NCBI GenBank assembly: GCA_964016885.1
Contig: OZ024750.1
Coordinates: 28,706,001-28,770,000 of the forward strand
Direction of reading: 5' to 3'
DNA length: 64,000 bases
DNA from: Eledone cirrhosa
Taxonomy: Eukaryota
Made by a program: the position numbers and the translations under genes. A model generated the notes under the pieces. That model was not told the origin of the DNA. It was given only the letters and a program-made list of their open reading frames with translations, and made no database searches. Below, one piece after another: positions 55,852 to 64,000 of this stretch (position 1 is the stretch's first letter; every line of letters starts with the position of its first letter).

Positions 55852-58282
55852 TACTACCACCACCGTCTCAGCATCACAACCAGCACTACCACCACCACCG
55901 CCACAATCTCAGCATCACAACCAACACTACCACCACCACCGCCACAATCTCAGCATCACAACCAGCACTACCACCACCACCGCCACAATCTCAGCATCAC
56001 AACCAGCACTACCACCACCACCGCCACAATCTCAGCATCACAACCAGCACTACCACCACCACCGCCACAATCTCAGCATCACAACCAACACTACCACCAC
56101 CACCACCACCATCTCAGCATCACAACCAACACTACCACCACCACCACCACCATCTCAGCATCACAACCAACACTACCACCACCACCATCTCAGCATCACA
56201 ACCACCACCACCACCGTCTCACCATCACAACCAACACTACCACCACCACCATCTCAGCATCACAACCACCACCACCACCGTCTCACCATCACAACCAACA
56301 CTACCACCACCACCATCTCAGCATCACAACCACCACCACCACCGTCTCACCATCACAACCAACACTACCACCACCACCATCTCAGCATCACAACCAACAC
56401 TACCACCACCACCACCACCACCACCGTCTCACCATCACAACCAACACTACCACCACCACCACCACCACCACCGTCTCACCATCACAACCAACACTACCAC
56501 CACCACCACCACCACCACCATCTCACCATCACAACCAACACTACCACCACCACCACCACCACCACCACCGTCTCACCATCACAACCAACACTACCACCAC
56601 CACCACCACCACCACCATCTCACCATCACAACCAACACTACCACCACCACCACCACCACCACCGTCTCACCATCACAACCAACACTACCACTACCACCAC
56701 CACCACCACCATCTCACCATCACAACCAACACTACCACCACCACCACCACCACCACCGTCTCACCATCACAACCAACACTACCACTACCACCACCACCAC
56801 CACCATCTCACCATCACAACCAACACTACCACCACCACCACCACCACCACCGTCTCACCATCACAACCAACACTACCACTACCACCACCACCACCACCAT
56901 CTCACCATCACAACCAACACTACCACCACCACCACCACCACCACCGTCTCACCATCACAACCAACACTACCACTACCACCACCACCACCACCATCTCACC
57001 ATCACAACCAACACTACCACCACCACCACCACCACCACCGTCTCACCATCACAACCAACACTACCACTACCACCACCACCACCACCATCTCACCATCACA
57101 ACCAACACTACCACCACCACCATCTCAGCATCACAACCAACACTACCACCACCACCACCACCGTCTCACCATCACAACCAACACTACCACCACCACCACC
57201 ACCACCACCACCACCACCGTCTCACCATCACAACCAACACTACCACCACCACCACCACCACCACCACCGTCTCACCATCACAACCAACACTACCACCACC
57301 ACCATCTCAGCATCACAACCAACACTACCACCACCACCACCACCGTCTCACCATCACAACCAACACTACCACCACCACCACCACCACCACCACCACCACC
57401 GTCTCACCATCACAACCAACACTACCACCACCACCACCACCGTCTCACCATCACAACCAACACTACCACCACCACCACCACCACCACCACCACCACCGTC
57501 TCACCATCACAACCAACACTACCACCACCACCACCACCACCACCACCGTCTCACCATCACAACCAACACTACCACCACCACCACCACCACCACCACCACC
57601 ACCGTCTCACCATCACAACCAACACTACCACCACCACCACCACCACCACCACCACCACCGTCTCACCATCACAACCAACACTACCACCACCACCACCACC
57701 GTCTCACCATCACAACCAACACTACCACCACCACCACCACCACCACCACCGTCTCACCATCACAACCAACACTACCACCACCACCACCACCACCACCACC
57801 GTCTCACCATCACAACCAACACTACCACCACCACCACCACCACCACCACCACCACCGTCTCACCATCACAACCAACACTACCACCACCACCACCACCGTC
57901 TCACCATCACAACCAACACTACCACCACCACCACCACCACCACCACCGTCTCACCATCACAACCAACACTACCACCACCACTACCACCACCACCACCACC
58001 GTCTCACCATCACAACCAACACTACCACCACCACCACCACCACCACCACCGTCTCACCATCACAACCAACACTACCACCACCACCACCACCACCACCACC
58101 ACCGTCTCACCATCACAACCAACACTACCACCACCACCACCACCATCTCACCATCACAACCAACACTACCACCACCACCACCACCACCACCACCGTCTCA
58201 CCATCACAACCAACACTACCACCACCACTACCACCACCACCACCACCGTCTCACCATCACAACCAACACTACCACCACCACC
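55852..58282. repeat. 2.4-kb minisatellite: (CCA)n of variable length plus constant tctcaccatcacaaccaacacta core
   Basis: Directly visible; source of the spurious 900+ aa ORFs. Confidence 0.97.
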
Positions 58283-58783
58283 ACTCTCTCCCTCTAAAGC
58301 TTTCATTTTCTTCTTGTATCTTATTGAAATTGTTTCTACTTTAGGCACAAGGCCAGCAAATTACCCAGTACATTACTGGTACTTTATTTTATCGATCCCG
58401 TAAGGATGAAAGGCAAAGTCAACCTCGGCGGGATTTGAACTCAAATAGCTGTGTCCTGCAGACAAAATAGTGATGGTTCTGCCGTGGAGATCAGCCAGCG
58501 ACACCCGCTCTATCAGCCACTCCACCTCACTTGTCTTCTTTTTCGGGGATGGGGCTGCACTCCTCTCAATTTTCCAGAAGAAAATGCTAATTCGGAAACC
58601 GAAGTCATCAGAGGTCTCCACGGTGTCCAGCATGAAAAGGAAACAGCTGGTCAAGCTTCAGTATTTGGCTATCTTCCTCCCCACCTCAGTGTTACGGGCT
58701 ACAGTGCCCGGGTTTGTGACCAAAACAACTAGACTGGAGGCGGAGAACATGTCACAACACAGCGTCCTAGATTAAAGATTTAA

Positions 58784-59005
58784 CCCTTTAGCATTTAAAC
58801 TGGCCATATTCGGCCAGATTTCTCTCACCCCTTTCTGTTCAAACCGGTCGTAACTAGCCACTCATACTGATGTTAAGGTATTGTTCTCAAAATAAATAAT
58901 ATCAAGATCTCATAGATTCGATGTCATGTGAGATATTTATGTGAGATAAAAGCCTTTACCGTGAAAATATTATATTATATATAGAGTAAAGTAAATGGTA
59001 AAGGG
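58784..59005. mobile_element. piggyBac-like MITE
   Basis: TTAA|CCCTTTAGCATTTA ... TAAATGGTAAAGGG|TTAA: TTAA duplication and 14-bp imperfect TIRs. Confidence 0.8.
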
Positions 59006-59881
59006 TTAAAGCTTCCTATATTTTTTAGTTTTACTTTAAAATCTTATAATTTCTCAACATTTATTAGTTTAAGTACAGTCGATGATTCACGAATCTATAA
59101 GCCGTTCACTTGAAACAAGGTTTCTATCACTCTCTCTTTCTTTTGAAGAAATCAACTGTGTTCAGGATTCGAGATGAGCTCCGTTAGGATTTTAAAATAT
59201 CCAAGAAACGCCGTATGTCCGTATGGCGCTCTTACGACTCCATCAAGAGTTATGAGTCTATAAATACATCATAAGTGGAGGCAGGTGGCCTAGTGGTAAT
59301 AAGGGTGTTGGACTTACGATCATAATGTCGTGGGCTCGATTCCTGGGTTGCATGTTGTGTTCTTGAGCAAATCGCTTCATTTCACGTTGCTCCAGTATAC
59401 CCAGCTGAAAATGAGTAACCCTGCGATGGACTGGCGCCCTGTCCAGGGGAGGGGGTCTTGTACTCTCAGTCGCTTCACGCCATGACACCGGAATAAGCAC
59501 CGGCTTAAATGAACCTTCTGGCTTAAGACAGACTTTAGACGTAGATATACATTATAAAGCCAGAGGCGATTTCAGGCGGTTTGGGTATAAAAAAAAAGGT
59601 TTTAAGTTCTTTCCTATAAAGTATTATGTTGTCGTATTCTAGCCAACTGTTTAATAATTTGTCCCCAGTTTTCATCTCAATAACAAATTGAACCATCTTC
59701 AGTTTCCTCCATCCCTTTCTTAATGACCTCTTTTCACAGCCTATTCTTACTTTTCTCTCTTTTCTTTCTCCTTTCCATTGTTTACAATACAAATATCAAC
59801 AGTTCTTTCAGAAGCTTAATTTCTTCCATAACTTTCAATAATGAATTAAACAAATCTATAAACTTAACTTTAAAAATATAA

Positions 59882-59971
<90 letters not shown>

Positions 59972-59982
59972 GTATATGTATA

Positions 59983-60053
59983 TTAATATAGAAGAGCTTC
60001 TACAGGACTAGAACCGTTTCATGTGGTTACCTCCAATTCAACCTGGAATAACT

Positions 60054-60087
<34 letters not shown>

Positions 60088-60281
60088 ATGATATATATAT
60101 ATGTATATATACGTTATTCCGGGTTGAATCGGAGGTAACCACAGTAAGTAAGGTACTCAATACATTGCAGAGTATAAAAGTTTTAATAGAGATGAGATTC
60201 TACAGGACTAGAACTGTTTCATTCTTTAGAAATCATGATGATTTCTAAAGAATGAAACAGTTCTAGTCCTGTAGAATCTCA

Positions 60282-60344
<63 letters not shown>

Positions 60345-60479
60345 GGGCTTTCCTGATGATTTCCTCCGAATGAAACAGCTCTAGTCCTGAAGAAGCCATT
60401 TCTATATTAAATTTTTATATTCTTCTATGTATTGAGTACCTTACTTACTGTGGTTACCTCCAATTGAACCCGGGATAAA

Positions 60480-60482
<3 letters not shown>
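59983..60482. mobile_element. Three fragments of a pLTR-like family E in (TA)n (also 22890-23070 and 50003-50118)
   Basis: Shared ggtaaccacagtaagtaaggtactcaa and ttctacaggactagaactgtttcattc; palindrome 60187-60288; HHR-like CTGATGA tTTC ctcc GAAt GAAA at 60353-60375. Confidence 0.7.
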
Positions 60483-60518
<36 letters not shown>

Positions 60519-60620
60519 ATAGTCAGGACCCCGGCGGCTGAGCTCCAGCCGTTTCGAAAGCTATATCCGAGTACTCTGGTGCGTTATGATCCACCTGGTA
60601 TCTTACCACACCTTCTTTGT

Positions 60621-60679
<59 letters not shown>

Positions 60680-61530
60680 CAATAAGATGTGAAAAGGAAA
60701 AAGGAAAACTGCTCAATCGAGAAGAGAGCAGAAATATATTATTTATTTTGAGGTATGTATGTATATATGTGTGTATATATGTGTGTATATGTATATATGT
60801 GTGTATATGTGTTTGTGTGTGTATATGTGTCTGTGTGTGTATATGTGTTTGTGTCTGTATATGTGTTTGTGTCTGTATATGTGTTTGTGTCTGTATATGT
60901 ATATATGTGTGTATATGTGTTTGTGTGTGTATATGTGTTTGTGTGTGTATATGTGTTTGTGTGTGGTGAGGGCGAGAGGTATCTATCATAACCTTCTTTG
61001 TTTTAATTAGTAAATGGAAGGAGTGAGGCCGTAATATTGCATTCAACACAAACATTAAGATAACATTGACAAGTTTGTGTATTTATGTGCCATCACTAGT
61101 GTGTATGTGTTTGTGTGTGTTTGTGAGTGTGTATATACATGCGTATGTGTTTGTATGTTTGTACCAAGGCTGTGTTCCTGCTCACACGCCTAAGTGTGAG
61201 TGTGTTTACGCGTGAGTTTAACGTATCTCTACGTGTGCCGTTAGCTAGCTGCTTAGTAGGTATCGGGGAAAGTAATATAAGTATGTACACACGCAGACAC
61301 ACACATACAGAGAGAGAGAGAGCATTCGGTACTCAGTCATCAGAAAAACGAGGTAGATGTAAAAGCCAAACTCGCTATCTTCAATTCGGTATTGGTGTCT
61401 CCATTTAATGACCGAAAGAATATAATCACAGATACAAGCGACAGAACCGAAAGTGTCTTTGGAGTGTCATTATTCGTTAGGGTGTGTAACTCTGAGATCA
61501 GGGAGTCATTTAAAATAGACTTGTTGGTGT

Positions 61531-62242
61531 AACATCTTTGGCAATTGTCGTATATAATACCCCCGAGTCGTTCCAAGACTTGTGAGTGAAACATCTTTGG
61601 CAATTGTCGTATATAATACCCCCGAGTCGTTCCAAGACTTGTGAGTGAAACATCTTTGGCAATTGTCGTATATAATACCCCCGAGTCGTTCCAAGACTTG
61701 TGAGTGAAACATCTTTGGCAATTGTCGTATATAATACCCCCGAGTCGTTCCAAGACTTGTGAGTGAAACATCTTTGGCAATTGTCGTATATAATACCCCT
61801 GAGTCGTTCCAAGACTTGTGAGTGAAACATCTTTAGCAATTGTCGTATATAATACCCCTGAGTCGTTCCAAGACTTGTGAGTGAAACAACTTTGGCAATT
61901 GTCGTATATAATACCCCCGAGTCGTTCCAAGACTTGTGAGTGAAACAACTTTGGCAAGTGTTGTATATAATACCCCTGAGTCGTTCCAAGACTTGTGAGT
62001 GAAACATCTTTGGCAATTGTCGTATATAATACCCCTGAGTCGTTCCAAGACTTGTGAGTGAAACATCTTTGGCAATTGTCGTATATAATACCCCCGAGTC
62101 GTTCCAAGACTTGTGAGTGAAACATCTTTGGCAATTGTCGTATATAATACCCCCGAGTCGTTCCAAGACTTGTGAGTGAAACATCTTTGGCAATTGTCGT
62201 ATATAATACCCCCGAGTCGTTCCAAGACTTGTGAGTGAAACA
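61531..62242. repeat. 59-bp minisatellite, 12 copies
   Basis: Unit aacatctttggcaattgtcgtatataatacccccgagtcgttccaagacttgtgagtga. Confidence 0.97.
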
Positions 62243-62645
62243 GGTAATCCAGATAGACAGTACCTGTAATTTAAAGACGCAGTATTACCACAGTATTTGT
62301 CGCATAGACTCACTCTGAGAATTACGTTAAACGTGCATGTAGCTGTGGAATGCTCGGCCACTTACACGTTAATTTCTTAAGCAGGCTGTTCCGTTAATCG
62401 AACAACTGCAATATTCAGCGTCAAAATTAATGGAACTTCACCATCACGCAGCCGACGGGGGTCCTGACTCTTTTCATATTACCCACTCTACTACCCTAAG
62501 TATTGAGTCCTCTGGTGGGTTATGGTCCTCCTGGTAGCTTACCACACCTTATTTGTTTTATATATATATATATATATATATAATATAATAATTCAAGAAG
62601 AAAGAGTAACATGGTTGGCTGTACAGTAAGGGATTTATTCACAGT

Positions 62646-62751
62646 GCTGACAATTGTTTCGTTGATCTGGTAGGTCTAGAGCTCGCTAATCGCTTGATGT
62701 TGCGTCAATCGATCTCCAATACTTTGTCACAACCAGTCAATTCATCAGAGC
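62646..62751 (-). ncRNA. Type I hammerhead with long stem II, family D
   Basis: Minus strand GCT CTGATGA aTTGACTGG...CCAGaTCAAc GAAA CAATTG TC AGC. Confidence 0.75.
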
Positions 62752-62881
62752 GTGTGGATGTGAGAATAATACGCAAGGGATGGCTTTTATAGAAGAGTGG
62801 TGTTAGACCAGAACAATGAAAGTACTCTAACTGGACTACCTCTAAGTGGATTGCCTATAACGATAACTTGTTATCCCGTAT

Positions 62882-62985
<104 letters not shown>

Positions 62986-63020
62986 ATTTATATATATATA
63001 TATTTATATATATATATATT

Positions 63021-63051
<31 letters not shown>

Positions 63052-63087
63052 ATTTATATATATATATATGTATGTTTATATATATAT

Positions 63088-63156
<69 letters not shown>

Positions 63157-63167
63157 TATATATATAT

Positions 63168-63224
<57 letters not shown>

Positions 63225-63318
63225 TATAGAGAAAAATACTGCAGGTAGCACATGGATAACATGTAATAAAATAAGTCCCTCATCAGTGATTTGCCGAAGA
63301 TCATAGATATTTCATTGC

Positions 63319-63358
<40 letters not shown>

Positions 63359-63425
63359 ATTTATATATATATATATATATGTTTATATTTATATATATAT
63401 ATATATGTTTATATATATATATGTT

Positions 63426-63460
<35 letters not shown>

Positions 63461-63600
63461 ATATGTTTATATTTATATATATATATATATATGTTTATAT
63501 TTATATATATATATATATGTTTATATATATATATATATATGTTTATATATATATATATATGTTTATATATATATATATATGTTTATATATATATATATAT

Positions 63601-63752
<152 letters not shown>

Positions 63753-63818
63753 ATATATATGACTACCTTCATTAAATCTTAACCGTTTAACATCTCAGGG
63801 TATGTCATGTATCATTAT

Positions 63819-63871
63819 ATTTTGTTTGATGAGGACGTACTGTTGTACATCCGAAATATGTATAATAAAAT
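63819..63871 (+). ncRNA. Type I hammerhead, family C (C3U variant)
   Basis: ATTTTGT TTGATGA GGAcGTAC tgtt GTACaTCC GAAA TATGTA TA ATAAAAT; upstream cagggtatgtca shared with 21557. Confidence 0.7.
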
Positions 63872-63911
63872 GTAATTGATCAAAAGAACATCTATTTTAT
63901 TAATATTTATA

Positions 63912-64000
<89 letters not shown>

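Noticed and set aside
55379-58403. 972 and 892 aa Pro/His/Thr-rich ORFs
   Set aside because: (CCA)n minisatellite open in multiple frames with drifting phase; no protein signal.
61531-62242. CRISPR-like regular repeat (also 14182-14768 and 55852-58282)
   Set aside because: Units are contiguous with no unique spacers, no cas genes, eukaryotic context.

Overview
Eukaryotic, AT-rich, repeat-dominated genomic DNA. The SINE types and very large (AT)n-derived arrays resemble octopus/cephalopod genomes (inference). No host protein-coding exon can be supported, and almost all long ORFs in the track are microsatellite artefacts. Real coding remnants are a 5'-truncated but open L1/Tx1-type LINE ORF2 (3654-6826, minus, with a target-site duplication in a (GATA)n tail), RTE fragments, two Penelope-like GIY-YIG fragments and a frameshifted Tc1/mariner transposase. 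The main hidden signal is RNA-structural: about 30 type I hammerhead ribozyme (HHR) motifs from several families, nearly all in short non-coding elements inserted in (TA)n tracts as inverted and/or tandem copies. The centrepiece is a 5.4-kb, nearly invariant 311-bp tandem array (32185-37641) with one intact HHR per unit, arranged head-to-head with the inversion junction at the predicted self-cleavage site. A second 467-bp family (27563-28565) shares the same ribozyme loop and stem-closing motif. These look like retrozyme-type (circular-RNA) non-autonomous retroelements mobilised by Penelope-like machinery. All structures were read by eye and none was computed.
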